Shown: positions 29,231 to 39,046, counted from the first letter of the stretch. The stretch: 64,000 nt of DNA from an uncultured Chloroflexia bacterium (GCA_963700285.1 CAVOXA010000010.1:384001-448000), one strand, 5' to 3'. The notes: generated by a model not told the origin, from the letters alone. A program made the numbers and translations.

Positions 29231-30181
29231 ATGATCGAGGATTCTCAGAAATCAGTGATTGAGGCGACCTATGGTGGGGAGGGTTGGTCGCCACGAACGC
29301 AATCCCTGGGCCAGGAGTTGGGCACCCTGTGGGGCGATTGGGGCGTGGGCCTGGAGTGGGCCAGGCTGCAAGCCATCCTCCTCCATCGTCCCGGCCCCGA
29401 GATCGAGGGGTTGGCCGAACCCGACAAAGTACAGATGCTGGCGCCCCTGAACGTCGACCTGTTTCGCCAGCAGTACGAGGGCATGGTCGCGGCCTACGAA
29501 GACGCCAGTGTGGAGGTCCACTTTGTCGCACCCGAGGGCCCGGTGCCACCCAACAATATCTTTTGCGCCGACCTGTTCTTCATGACGCCCCAGGGAGCCA
29601 TCCTGGCCCGGCCGGCATCCACCGTGCGGGCAGGAGAGGAGCGGAACGTAGCCCGCAGGCTGGCTTCGCTGGGCGTACCGATTCTCATGAGCGTCCACGG
29701 CAACGGTACTTTTGAGGGAGCGGATGCGGTCTGGATCGAGGAAGGCACGGCCATCGTGGCCACAGGTTTGCGAACCAACGAGGAGGGCGCTGACCAGGTG
29801 GAATGGGCGCTGCGCTCTATTGGCGCCGACGTGGTGCGCGTGGACCTGCCCTATGGGTCAATGCACCTGATGGGAACCCTGCGCTTTGCCGGTCCCGGTC
29901 TAGCAATTGGCTATCCAGGCCGGACGACACACCGCGCAGTTCGCGCAGTGCGCGAACGTGGCTACCGCGTGCTGTGGGCGCCGGATTTCGACGAGATCAA
30001 GCGACTGGCCCTCAACTTTGTCCCCTTGGGGCCGAACAAAATCCTCATGGCAGCCAACTGCCCCCGCACCCAGGCAATGTACGAGGCCGCGGGGATCGAG
30101 TGTATCACAATAGAGGCGGAAGAACTGGCCAAGGCAGCCGGCGGCATGGGCTGCCTGACCGGCATCCTGAAACGCGAATAA
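29231..30181 (+). CDS. DDAH/amidinotransferase (pentein) family protein, variant motifs
   Basis: Motifs HRPGPEI, FCAD, FEGAD, MHLMG, GGMGCLT. Confidence 0.88.
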   Translation: MIEDSQKSVIEATYGGEGWSPRTQSLGQELGTLWGDWGVGLEWARLQAILLHRPGPEIEGLAEPDKVQMLAPLNVDLFRQQYEGMVAAYEDASVEVHFVAPEGPVPPNNIFCADLFFMTPQGAILARPASTVRAGEERNVARRLASLGVPILMSVHGNGTFEGADAVWIEEGTAIVATGLRTNEEGADQVEWALRSIGADVVRVDLPYGSMHLMGTLRFAGPGLAIGYPGRTTHRAVRAVRERGYRVLWAPDFDEIKRLALNFVPLGPNKILMAANCPRTQAMYEAAGIECITIEAEELAKAAGGMGCLTGILKRE

Positions 30182-30194
30182 GGAGCGGAGCACA

Positions 30195-31373
30195 ATGAAG
30201 ATCTTGGTTCTCGGTAGTGGGCTTATGGGGCCGGCATCGGCGTACAATGCCATGACGGACCCCGACGTGACAAAGGTCACCCTTTGCGACATGAATCAGC
30301 AGCAACTGGACGCTGCGTACGACAAGTTGAAGGGTATGGAAGGAGGCGAAAAAGTCACTACCATCACCCTTGACCTGAGCGACCAGGCGGCAACCACCGA
30401 GCTGATGGCCGGCTATGATGCCGTCGTTGCCGCACTGCCAAAGGTAGCCATTCCCCTGGGCATGCGGGCGGCAGTGGCGGCCAACACGCCTCTTGTTGAC
30501 CTGAGCTGGCCACCCCCAGAGCAGATCGAGGAAGTCAAGCAGTACGTGGAGGATGAGGGTGGCCTTGTCATCCCTGGCTGTGGTGTGGAGCCGGGCCTGA
30601 CCGAAATTATGGCCCGCCACCTGGCTGAGAAACTGGACCGCATCGACGAGTTGCACATCATGTGCGGCGGCATCCCAGCAAAGCCAGCCCCGCCTCTGGG
30701 TTACAAGATCGTCTTTGGTGGACGAAACTTGCCACTGAGAGAAGGTAAGGCAACCATCTGCCGGGACGGCGCCCTCGATACCGTACCCCGATATTCTGGC
30801 GCACAGCCGGTGCACTTTGCCGGCGTCGGCGAGTGCGAGGCATGGCACGAAGGTTTCATGCCCTGGTTGATGGAATTGGATGTACTCAAGAACCTGAAAC
30901 TGGGAACCCAGAAGACGGTCCGCTGGCCAGGTTACGCGGCCAAGGCCACGATTCTCCGGGATCTGGGCATCTTTAGCCAGGAACCCATCGACGTGGACGG
31001 CGCTCAGGTTGCCCCAAAGGCACTGCTCGATGCGCTGTTGTATCCCTACGTCAGGCTGGAGGAGGGAGAGATCGACATCACTTGCTTCCGCGTGGAGGCT
31101 ATTGGTGAGAAAGACGGCCGTCCCTGCCAGTACAAGATCGAGATGGTGGATTGGTACGACCAGGAGTTGGGATTCACCTCCATGGCCCGTACAACGGCGT
31201 TTACGGGAGCCATCGTCGCCCGCATGATCGCCCGGGGCGACATCAAGGCTCAGGGCTTTCTGACCCCGGAAAAGATTATCTACGGTCCTCTATTTGATAC
31301 ACTGGTGGAGGAGTTGGCGGCCGTCAACATGCGCTTCGAAATGACAACGGAAAAGGTAAAAGCCCTGGCCTGA
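30195..31373 (+). CDS. Saccharopine dehydrogenase/lysine 6-dehydrogenase family protein (copy 1)
   Basis: 392 aa. Rossmann motif ILVLGSGLMG, GCGVEPGL, CGGIP...PLGYKIVF, KTVRWPG, SMARTT. Confidence 0.88.
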   Translation: MKILVLGSGLMGPASAYNAMTDPDVTKVTLCDMNQQQLDAAYDKLKGMEGGEKVTTITLDLSDQAATTELMAGYDAVVAALPKVAIPLGMRAAVAANTPLVDLSWPPPEQIEEVKQYVEDEGGLVIPGCGVEPGLTEIMARHLAEKLDRIDELHIMCGGIPAKPAPPLGYKIVFGGRNLPLREGKATICRDGALDTVPRYSGAQPVHFAGVGECEAWHEGFMPWLMELDVLKNLKLGTQKTVRWPGYAAKATILRDLGIFSQEPIDVDGAQVAPKALLDALLYPYVRLEEGEIDITCFRVEAIGEKDGRPCQYKIEMVDWYDQELGFTSMARTTAFTGAIVARMIARGDIKAQGFLTPEKIIYGPLFDTLVEELAAVNMRFEMTTEKVKALA

Positions 31374-31390
31374 ACCAAGGAGATTTCGCG

Positions 31391-32569
31391 ATGAAAATCT
31401 TGATCTTGGGCAGCGGGCTCATGGGACCGGCTGCAGCCTACAACGCTATGATCGACCCCGGCGTAACCCAGGTCACCCTGTGCGACGTGAACCTGGCGCA
31501 GTTGGAGGCAGCCTCCACCAAGCTGGCCAGCATGGAGGGCGGCCAAAAACTGACCACGGTCGCCCTCGACCTGAATGACCAGGCTACAGCCGCTGGGTTG
31601 ATGGCCAAGCATGACGCCGTTGTGGCTGCTCTACCCTGGCCGGTCATCCCCCTGGGCATCCGGGCCGCTGTGGCAGCCCAGACGCCCCTGGTAGACCTGG
31701 CCTGGCCCCCGTTCGAGCAGGTAGATGAACTCAAACGGCAGATCGAAGATGAGGGTGGGCTGGTCATCCTGGGCTGCGGCGTGGAACCAGGCCTGACCGA
31801 GATCATGGCCCGCTACCTGGCCGAGAAACTGGACCGGATCGAGGAGCTGCACATCAAGTGCGGAGGAATCCCCGAAAAGCCGGTTCCACCTCTCGGCTAC
31901 AAAATTGTCTTTGGTGGTCGCGAGCTGCCAATGTGGGTGGAGGATGCCCGCATCTGCCAGGACGGCGAACTTGGGCCGGTACCGCGCTATTCCGGGACAG
32001 ATGCAGTGCACTTTTCCGGGGTAGGTGACTGCGAGGCCTATCACGAGGGCTTTTTCCCCTGGCTGCTGGATCTGGAGGCTCTGCGGGGCCTGAAGTTGGG
32101 CACGCAGATGACGGTCCGCTGGCCAGGTTACGCGGAAAAAGCAAGTGTGCTCTGGGAACTGGGACTGGTCAGCCCGGAGCCCATCGATGTAGATGGTACG
32201 CAGGTTGCGCCCAAAGCCCTGCTGGACGCGCTGCTGTATCCCCACGTCAAGATGGAAGAGGACGACCGGGACATCACCTGCTTCCGCGTAGAAACCCTGG
32301 GCGTAAAAAACGGGCGGCCGCGCTACTACAAGATCGAAATGGTGGACCGCTACGACGAGGACCTGGGCTTCACTTCCATGGCCCGCACCACGGCCATGAC
32401 CGGGGCCATCGTCGCCCGCATGATCGCGCGCGGCGACATCCAGGCCCGAGGCTTTCTGACGCCAGAGCAGGTCATCACCGGCTCCCTAGTCGGCAAGTTG
32501 GTGGACGAACTGGCCGCCATCAATGTCCGGTTCGAGATAACAACGAGAAAGGTCAAGACCCTGGAATGA
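31391..32569 (+). CDS. Saccharopine dehydrogenase/lysine 6-dehydrogenase family protein (copy 2)
   Basis: 392 aa, colinear with copy 1. Confidence 0.88.
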   Translation: MKILILGSGLMGPAAAYNAMIDPGVTQVTLCDVNLAQLEAASTKLASMEGGQKLTTVALDLNDQATAAGLMAKHDAVVAALPWPVIPLGIRAAVAAQTPLVDLAWPPFEQVDELKRQIEDEGGLVILGCGVEPGLTEIMARYLAEKLDRIEELHIKCGGIPEKPVPPLGYKIVFGGRELPMWVEDARICQDGELGPVPRYSGTDAVHFSGVGDCEAYHEGFFPWLLDLEALRGLKLGTQMTVRWPGYAEKASVLWELGLVSPEPIDVDGTQVAPKALLDALLYPHVKMEEDDRDITCFRVETLGVKNGRPRYYKIEMVDRYDEDLGFTSMARTTAMTGAIVARMIARGDIQARGFLTPEQVITGSLVGKLVDELAAINVRFEITTRKVKTLE

Positions 32570-32680
32570 GCATCTAGCTTCCCCCGCGCCTGGCCCTCAG
32601 GCCCTCCCGAGAACGGATTTTTGGTCCGGGTCGAGGGGAGCGCCAATGGGGGCAGGGGAGGGGGAATGAGGGAGGCTATC

Positions 32681-33859
32681 ATGAAAATCCTGGTACTGGG
32701 TAGCGGGCTTATTGGCCCGGCGTCGGCCTACAACGCCATGTCGGACCCGGATGTGTCCGGCGTAACTTTATGTGATATAAACCAGCAGCAGTTGGACGCT
32801 GCACAGGCGAAACTCTCGAGCCTGAAGGGCGGCGAGAAGCTGACCACGGTTCAGATCGATGTTCGCGACCAGGCGGCAACAGCCAAGCTGATGGCTGGGC
32901 ATGATGCTGTCGTCGGCGCCCTGGACCGGCCGGCAATCGGCCTGGGAATCCGCGCGGCAGTGGCGGCCAAGACGCCCCTGGTAGACCTCCTTTGGCCCCT
33001 CGAGGAGGAGGCGCCAGCATTGAAGCAGCTTGTACAGGGCTCTGGCTCGCTGGTCATCGTCGGCTGCGGCGTAGAGCCCGGCATGACCGAGATCATGGCC
33101 CGCTATCTGGCCGAAAAGCTGGACCGCATTGACGAGCTGCACATCAAGTGCGGTGGTATCCCTACAGAGCCAGTCCCACCCCTGGGTTACAAAATCGTCT
33201 TTGGTGGGAAGCGCATGCCACTGTGGGAGGGTAATTCCCACATCGTCGAAAACGGAGAACTCAAAGAGGTACCCCGCTACTCCGGCTCGCACGCGGTCCA
33301 CTTTCCCGGCGTGGGCGAGGTCGAGGCCTGGAATGAGGAGTTCTTTCCCTGGCTGATGGACCTGGAGGTCTTGCAGGGCCTGAAGAAGGGTACCCAGATG
33401 ACGGTACGCTGGCCCGGCTACGCCGAAAAGGCGTCGGTACTCTGGGAGCTGGATCTGGTCAGCACCAAACCGATCGAGGTAGATGGCGTCCAGGTAGCGC
33501 CCAAGGACCTGCTCGACACGCTGCTCTACCCTTACGTAAAGATGGAAGAAGGCGACCGGGATTTCACCTGCTTCCGTGTGGAGGCCATCGGCGAGAAAAA
33601 GGGAAAGCCGTGCCGGTACAAGATCGAGACCGTTGACCGTTATGACGAGGAATTGGGCTTTACCTCCATGGCCCGCACCACGGGCTTTGCTGGCGCCATC
33701 GTGGCCCGCATGGCGGCTCGCGGCGAGATCAAAGCGGAGGGCATGCTCAACCCGGAGCAGATCATCGCCGGCCCTCTGTTTGACAGGCTGATCGAGGATC
33801 TGGCTGAGATGAACATCCGGTTCGACCTCACGACAGAAAAGACCAAGGCGTTGAACTAG
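32681..33859 (+). CDS. Saccharopine dehydrogenase/lysine 6-dehydrogenase family protein (copy 3)
   Basis: 392 aa from the ATG at 32681 (RBS GGAGG), colinear with copies 1 and 2. Confidence 0.88.
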   Translation: MKILVLGSGLIGPASAYNAMSDPDVSGVTLCDINQQQLDAAQAKLSSLKGGEKLTTVQIDVRDQAATAKLMAGHDAVVGALDRPAIGLGIRAAVAAKTPLVDLLWPLEEEAPALKQLVQGSGSLVIVGCGVEPGMTEIMARYLAEKLDRIDELHIKCGGIPTEPVPPLGYKIVFGGKRMPLWEGNSHIVENGELKEVPRYSGSHAVHFPGVGEVEAWNEEFFPWLMDLEVLQGLKKGTQMTVRWPGYAEKASVLWELDLVSTKPIEVDGVQVAPKDLLDTLLYPYVKMEEGDRDFTCFRVEAIGEKKGKPCRYKIETVDRYDEELGFTSMARTTGFAGAIVARMAARGEIKAEGMLNPEQIIAGPLFDRLIEDLAEMNIRFDLTTEKTKALN

Positions 33860-34028
33860 GCACTACCTGGCGGTGGTGCGAACTGCTTCACAACCAGACG
33901 GCGCGGGCAATCAAGCGGGATTGCTCCATCGTCGCGAAGCCGCCAGGAACAACGTGATCATCGATGTGCCCTGTCACCTGTAGCGCTGATGTGATTCAGG
34001 TGTATCCCCAGGAGGAGTATAAGCGCGC

Positions 34029-35042
34029 ATGAAAGACCGTCTCGCAGAGTTGCTACATTCTGTAGCAGGAGCAAGCGAGATCCTGATCCTGCCCCACAAC
34101 GATCCCGATCCCGACGCCATCGCCAGCGCCATGGCTCTGCGACACCTGCTGACGGAGAAAGCTGGGGTTGAAGGCCACATTGCCTACCGGGGTATCATTG
34201 GCCGGGCTGAGAACCAAGCCATGGTACGCTACCTGGACCGCCCCCTCCACCGCCTGAGCAGCAGGGACCTGCGCCAGGAAAGACCCATCGCCCTGGTCGA
34301 TACCCAGCCGGGAACGGGCAACAACGCACTGCCCGCTCATATTGTACCGACGATCGTTTTTGATCATCATCCCTGGCGTGAAGGGACGGCCGCTGCTGCC
34401 TTTGCCGACGTCCGCACCGGGCTGGGTTCGACCTCTACCATCCTGGCGGAGTACCTCCAGGCAGCGGATGTCGAACCAGCGCCTCCTTTGGCTACGGCCT
34501 TGTTCTACGGCATCAAGACCGATACCTTGGGATTGGTCCGGGGTGCCAGCCCGGCCGATGTCGCCGCTTACTTTTACCTCCAGCCCCGGATTGAGGTTGA
34601 AGCTCTGATGAGAATCGAGCGTGCCCAGGTTCCTGCCGAATACTTTGATAGGCTAGACGCTGCCCTGCATGCGGCCCGAGTGTATGACAGCCTCGTTATC
34701 TGCTACATAGGCTCTATGCGTCACCCAGACTTTGCGGCAGAGATGGCAGATCTTCTTTTGCGGGTACAGGGCGCGCGCTGGGCAGTCTGCATGGGCGCGT
34801 ACAAGGGCGAATTAATCCTGGCCGTCCGCAGCCAGAGCCGGCAGATCGGCGCGGGACAACTGGTCCGAGCCGTTGTCGCTGACCGGGGCACGGCGGGTGG
34901 GCACGGCACCATGGCCGGCGGACAGGTGCCACTACGAGGTTCAGATCCAGAGCAGATAGCCCAGGAGTACATCCTGCGTGTGCTGCAGCATCTGCGAGTG
35001 CCAGAGGATGTGGAAACCCCCTTGCTGATGGAACATAGATGA
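34029..35042 (+). CDS. DHH family phosphoesterase
   Basis: Motifs HNDPDPDA, LVD, FDHH, GIKTDT, AGGHGTMAGG. Confidence 0.9.
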   Translation: MKDRLAELLHSVAGASEILILPHNDPDPDAIASAMALRHLLTEKAGVEGHIAYRGIIGRAENQAMVRYLDRPLHRLSSRDLRQERPIALVDTQPGTGNNALPAHIVPTIVFDHHPWREGTAAAAFADVRTGLGSTSTILAEYLQAADVEPAPPLATALFYGIKTDTLGLVRGASPADVAAYFYLQPRIEVEALMRIERAQVPAEYFDRLDAALHAARVYDSLVICYIGSMRHPDFAAEMADLLLRVQGARWAVCMGAYKGELILAVRSQSRQIGAGQLVRAVVADRGTAGGHGTMAGGQVPLRGSDPEQIAQEYILRVLQHLRVPEDVETPLLMEHR

Positions 35043-35192
35043 GCGTCTGAACAAGCATCAGGATGGCTCGAGCCGGCCACTGGCTGGAGACAGGGTTGGT
35101 TCCAGCGGCGCGGCCAGAGGTATCGGGGCCATCTGGTTGTTGAGAACGGCGTGCCCACAGCGGGGCCGGGTCCGCCTGGCCGTAGGACGCAC

Positions 35193-35221
35193 TTGACACC
35201 AGCCGTGATCGCGTATAAAAT
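35193..35221 (+). promoter_or_regulatory. sigma70-type promoter for kimA-trkA-trkA
   Basis: TTGACA-N17-TAAAAT. Confidence 0.75.
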
Positions 35222-35306
35222 TCGGCGCATGGGCCGTTGAGAGGCGGCTTTTGCTTCGGCGGGGATGATCTATTGCCCGCCAGCCGGCCAAAAAGGGATG
35301 GCATTG

Positions 35307-35334
35307 AGGCACCTGGGAAGCCAGGTGCCTTGTT
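35307..35334 (+). terminator. Terminator-like hairpin inside the kimA leader
   Basis: Stem AGGCACCTGG-GAAG-CCAGGTGCCT followed by TGTT (weak U tract). Confidence 0.45.
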
Positions 35335-35363
35335 GGATCGGTCTTGAGACCAAGACTATCGTC

Positions 35364-37331
35364 ATGACAACGATCGAAGAGAAGAATGGCGTGACGGTTC
35401 TGCACCGCGAGGGCGAGTACCACGCTCCTCGTTCCTGGCGCACCTGGCTCATCGGCCGGCCCCTGCCCACCGCCGATGCGCCGCACCAGACGATCGGCAA
35501 GTTGGTCGGCCTGGCCGTGTTTGCCTCAGACGCGCTGTCGTCCACCGCCTACGCTACCCAGGAGATCCTGGCCGTCCTGGTGGCTGCGGGCACGGCGGCC
35601 TTTGTGTTTGCCTTGCCCATTTCGGTGGCCATCATCGTGCTACTGGCCATCGTTACCCTGTCTTACGAGCAGGTCATCCACACCTATCCCAATGGCGGCG
35701 GCGCCTATGTCGTAGCCCGTGACAATCTGGGGGAGCTGCCGGCCCTAGTCGCTGGTGCCGCGCTGTTAACCGACTATATCCTGACCGTGGCTGTTTCGGT
35801 CTCTGCTGGCGTAGCCCAGATCACGTCCGCCTTTCCCCTGCTGATGCACTACCGCGTAGTACTGGCCGTGGTTATGGTCCTGTTCATCATGATCATCAAC
35901 CTGCGGGGGGTGCGGGAGTCGGGGGGAGTCTTTTCCATCCCCAGTTACTTTTTCCTGGTCATGATGTTCCTCACGGTAAGTGTTGGCCTTTACCAGTATC
36001 TGACTGGAACGTTGGGTACCGTAGTCAATCCCCCGCCCGTGGAAGCGACCATTGCCAGGGCGCTCACCCCGTTCTTGATCCTGCGCGCGTTCTCCAGCGG
36101 GACGGCAGCCCTTACCGGCGTGGAGGCCATCTCCAACGGCACCACGGCCTTTCGCGAGCCTCGTAGCCGCAACGCCGGGATCACGTTGTTGTGGATGGCG
36201 GCCATCCTAGGAACGCTGTTTCTGGGCATTACCTTCCTGACCGTGCTCATTGGCGCAGTCCCCTCCGAGGTGGAGACGGTGATCTCGCAGCTTGGCCGTA
36301 CTGTGTATGGGGGAGAGGGCCTGCTCTATCTGGGCCTAATCGGTGCTACTACGCTGATCCTGATCATGGCTACCAACACCTCATTCGCCGGGTTTCCCCG
36401 GCTGAGTGCTCTGTTGGGCGAGGATGGCTTTCTGCCCCGGCAACTCGCGTTTCGGGGCAGCAGGCTGGTCTACTCGCAGGGCATCATGGCCCTGGCAGCC
36501 ATCGCTTGCCTGCTGATCATCCTGTTCCAGGCGAGTGTGACGGCGCTGATCCCCCTGTACGCCATCGGTGTGTTCTTGTCCTTCACCCTGGCCCAGGCGG
36601 GCATGGCCCGGCGCTGGTGGCGGAGCGGACATCTGCCTGCCGGGCAGGCCAGGGAAGGGTATGGCGTTACCCTCTACCACGAGCCGGGCTGGCGGCCAAG
36701 AATGATCACCAACGGCTTTGGCGCTGTGTGCACGGCGGGTGTCATGGTCGTCTTTGCCGTCACCAAGTTCCACGACGGAGCTTGGATCGTCCTGCTGCTC
36801 ATGCCGGCGCTAGTGGCGGCCTTTGTCTACATTCACCGTCACTACCAGGGCTTGGCCGCTGACCTGTCCCTTGAAGACTATGGTGCACCGCCGCCCGTCT
36901 CTCGACATCGGGTGATCCTACCCATCAGCGGCGTACACCGCGGCACCCTGGCGGCGCTGTGGTATGCGCTCCGGCTGTCGGACGACGTGACCGCTGTGCA
37001 CGTATCGACCGACGAGGGCGAGGCCGAACGAGTACGGCGGAAATGGGAGCTGTGGGGCGAGGGAGTGCGTCTGGTGATCCTGGATTCACCCTACCGTCTG
37101 CTCCTAGAGCCGCTGCTGGGCTACATCCAGGAACTGGCCGACCAGCGCCAGCCCAACGAAACGATCACCATTGTAGTGCCCAGCTTTGTGCCCAGGCGAT
37201 GGTGGAACAGTCTGCTGCACACTCAGGCAGCCTTTATGTTGCGCCTGGCCCTCCTATTCAAGCCAGGCATTGTGATCACAGAGGTGCCCTATCAGGTGGA
37301 GCAAGCGCTTGAGGGGAAGGGTGACAGATGA
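35364..37331 (+). CDS. kimA: APC-family KimA/YdaO-like K+/H+ symporter
   Basis: Motifs ASDALSSTAY, YPNGGGAY, LLTDYILTVAVS, LTGVEAISNG, LIPLYAIGVF and C-terminal SPYR...LLH. Start set at Met 35364. Confidence 0.8.
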   Translation: MTTIEEKNGVTVLHREGEYHAPRSWRTWLIGRPLPTADAPHQTIGKLVGLAVFASDALSSTAYATQEILAVLVAAGTAAFVFALPISVAIIVLLAIVTLSYEQVIHTYPNGGGAYVVARDNLGELPALVAGAALLTDYILTVAVSVSAGVAQITSAFPLLMHYRVVLAVVMVLFIMIINLRGVRESGGVFSIPSYFFLVMMFLTVSVGLYQYLTGTLGTVVNPPPVEATIARALTPFLILRAFSSGTAALTGVEAISNGTTAFREPRSRNAGITLLWMAAILGTLFLGITFLTVLIGAVPSEVETVISQLGRTVYGGEGLLYLGLIGATTLILIMATNTSFAGFPRLSALLGEDGFLPRQLAFRGSRLVYSQGIMALAAIACLLIILFQASVTALIPLYAIGVFLSFTLAQAGMARRWWRSGHLPAGQAREGYGVTLYHEPGWRPRMITNGFGAVCTAGVMVVFAVTKFHDGAWIVLLLMPALVAAFVYIHRHYQGLAADLSLEDYGAPPPVSRHRVILPISGVHRGTLAALWYALRLSDDVTAVHVSTDEGEAERVRRKWELWGEGVRLVILDSPYRLLLEPLLGYIQELADQRQPNETITIVVPSFVPRRWWNSLLHTQAAFMLRLALLFKPGIVITEVPYQVEQALEGKGDR

Positions 37332-37386
37332 AGCGTGTACTGTGCATCGCGGGGCGCAAAACATCCGGCACCTGGAGAAAGGTGAG

Positions 37387-38046
37387 ATGAAGGTAATCGT
37401 CATCGGCTGCGGACGGGTCGGGTCCGGGCTCGCCTACAGGCTGTACCAGCGAGGTCACAGGGTAACAGTGGTTGATGCGGTGTCCGCATCTTTCAGCAAC
37501 CTCCCCTCCGACTTTCGAGGGCGAACCGTTGAAGGGGAGGCGCTGAACCAAGATGTGCTGCAGCGGGCCGCTATCGAGCAGGCCGATGGGCTGGCTGCGG
37601 TGACCAACTCTGATGCGCTCAACGCCGTCATCGCCCACCTGGCCCGCGATCGCTACCATATACCCAGGGTGATCGTGCGCAACTACGATCCACGCTGGCG
37701 AACTTTGTACGAGTCCTTTGGGCTTCAGGTGGTCAGCTCGGCCAGTTGGGGTGCGCAGAGACTTGAGGAACTACTCTACCAGGATGAGATCCGCACCATC
37801 TTTTCGGCTGGCAACGGAGAGGTAGAGATCTATGAGCTGCCCGTCCCGGCGGCCTGGCAGGACCAGGAGTTGCGGGGCCTGTTGCCAAGTGGTTGCCTGG
37901 CCGTGGCACTGACGCGCGCGGGCCGGGCAGTCCTGCCCACGGTGGATAGCCTCGTGGAAGCAGGCGACGTTCTACTCCTGAGCGCCACTCTGGAGGGCAT
38001 CGAGGCGCTGCGGAAGCGACTGCCCAAACCCGAGGAGGTATCATAG
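37387..38046 (+). CDS. trkA: TrkA-family RCK potassium uptake regulatory protein
   Basis: TrkA-N start MKVIVIGCGRVG plus TrkA-C domain. Confidence 0.88.
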   Translation: MKVIVIGCGRVGSGLAYRLYQRGHRVTVVDAVSASFSNLPSDFRGRTVEGEALNQDVLQRAAIEQADGLAAVTNSDALNAVIAHLARDRYHIPRVIVRNYDPRWRTLYESFGLQVVSSASWGAQRLEELLYQDEIRTIFSAGNGEVEIYELPVPAAWQDQELRGLLPSGCLAVALTRAGRAVLPTVDSLVEAGDVLLLSATLEGIEALRKRLPKPEEVS

Positions 38047-38751
38047 ATGTTCGTGCTGATCGCTGGTGGCGGCCGGACGGCGGCCCAACTGGCTACCCTA
38101 CTGTTGGAGCAGGACCACCGGGTCCGCCTTGTCGAACACCGTCAGGACCGCCTCTGCCAGCTCCACCACGGGTTGCCCACGGAGGTTATCTACGAGGGTG
38201 ACGCCACTGATCCCCTGGTACTGGAACAGGCGGGCATCCGCAGCGCCAATGTACTGGCGGCGTGCACACCCGAGGATGCCGACAACCTGGTACTCTGCTA
38301 CATAGGCCGCACACGCTTTGACGTGCCCCGTACTATTGCCCAGATCAACAACCCACGCAATGCGTGGCTGTTTGACCAGACGTTTCACGTGGATGTGGCC
38401 CTCAACCAATCCGAGATCCTGGCGAGTTTGATCGAGGAGGAGATGTCGCTGGGCGACATGATGACCCTGCTCAAGCTGCGTCGCGGCCAGTACTCGCTAG
38501 TAGCAGAAAAGATTCCGCCGGGGGCCATCGCGATCGGCGTCACCATCCAGGACCTGGGCCTGCCGGAGGAGTGTGTGATCGCGGGCATCATCAGGGCCGG
38601 CCGGATGGTGGTCCCGAGGGGAGTGACAAGGTTGGAGGCCGGTGACGAGGTGCTGGCCGTTACTGACCGGCAGGGAGCCAACCGGTTGGCAGCACTCCTT
38701 GCGCCGCCCTCAGAACCCGAGTCGGACTACACCGATCTGGGAGGTCTCTAA
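38047..38751 (+). CDS. trkA: TrkA-family RCK potassium uptake regulatory protein
   Basis: Motifs VLIAGGGRTA, GDAT, DADNLV and TrkA-C IIRAG...PRG...LEAGDEV. Confidence 0.88.
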   Translation: MFVLIAGGGRTAAQLATLLLEQDHRVRLVEHRQDRLCQLHHGLPTEVIYEGDATDPLVLEQAGIRSANVLAACTPEDADNLVLCYIGRTRFDVPRTIAQINNPRNAWLFDQTFHVDVALNQSEILASLIEEEMSLGDMMTLLKLRRGQYSLVAEKIPPGAIAIGVTIQDLGLPEECVIAGIIRAGRMVVPRGVTRLEAGDEVLAVTDRQGANRLAALLAPPSEPESDYTDLGGL

Positions 38752-39046
38752 GGCCTGGCTGGCTTCTGGTAGCCAGGCCGCGTCCGATGCAGGACTTTGG
38801 AACAGGCGGAATTGGCAGCGGCCGCCAAACTCTGCCTTGCGCTAGAGCCGCACTCGCCGGTAGAATGCGCGTTTGGCTGCCTCTGACGCCAGCATATACA
38901 GCCCCGTAATGCCTAGCAGGGCTAGCAGGAGCGGTGGGGGCAGGGGGGTGAAGCCAAGGGGCTTGGCGAGTGGCGAGTAGGGGGAGACTGGTCAGGGATC
39001 ATCACATGGCCTTTGCCTTGGCGTCCACCGGCCCAGCACACGGAGC

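Noticed and set aside
35043-35363. Canonical c-di-AMP (ydaO) riboswitch
   Set aside because: The consensus segments (GCUGAAUCC, GGGGGAAC, CCGUCAGCUAAC) were not found by eye.
38930-38990. G-rich tract (possible G-quadruplex) and the 85-aa ORF 38922..39179
   Set aside because: Unremarkable at this GC content, and the ORF overlaps the tail of the propeller-HEAT gene in another frame.
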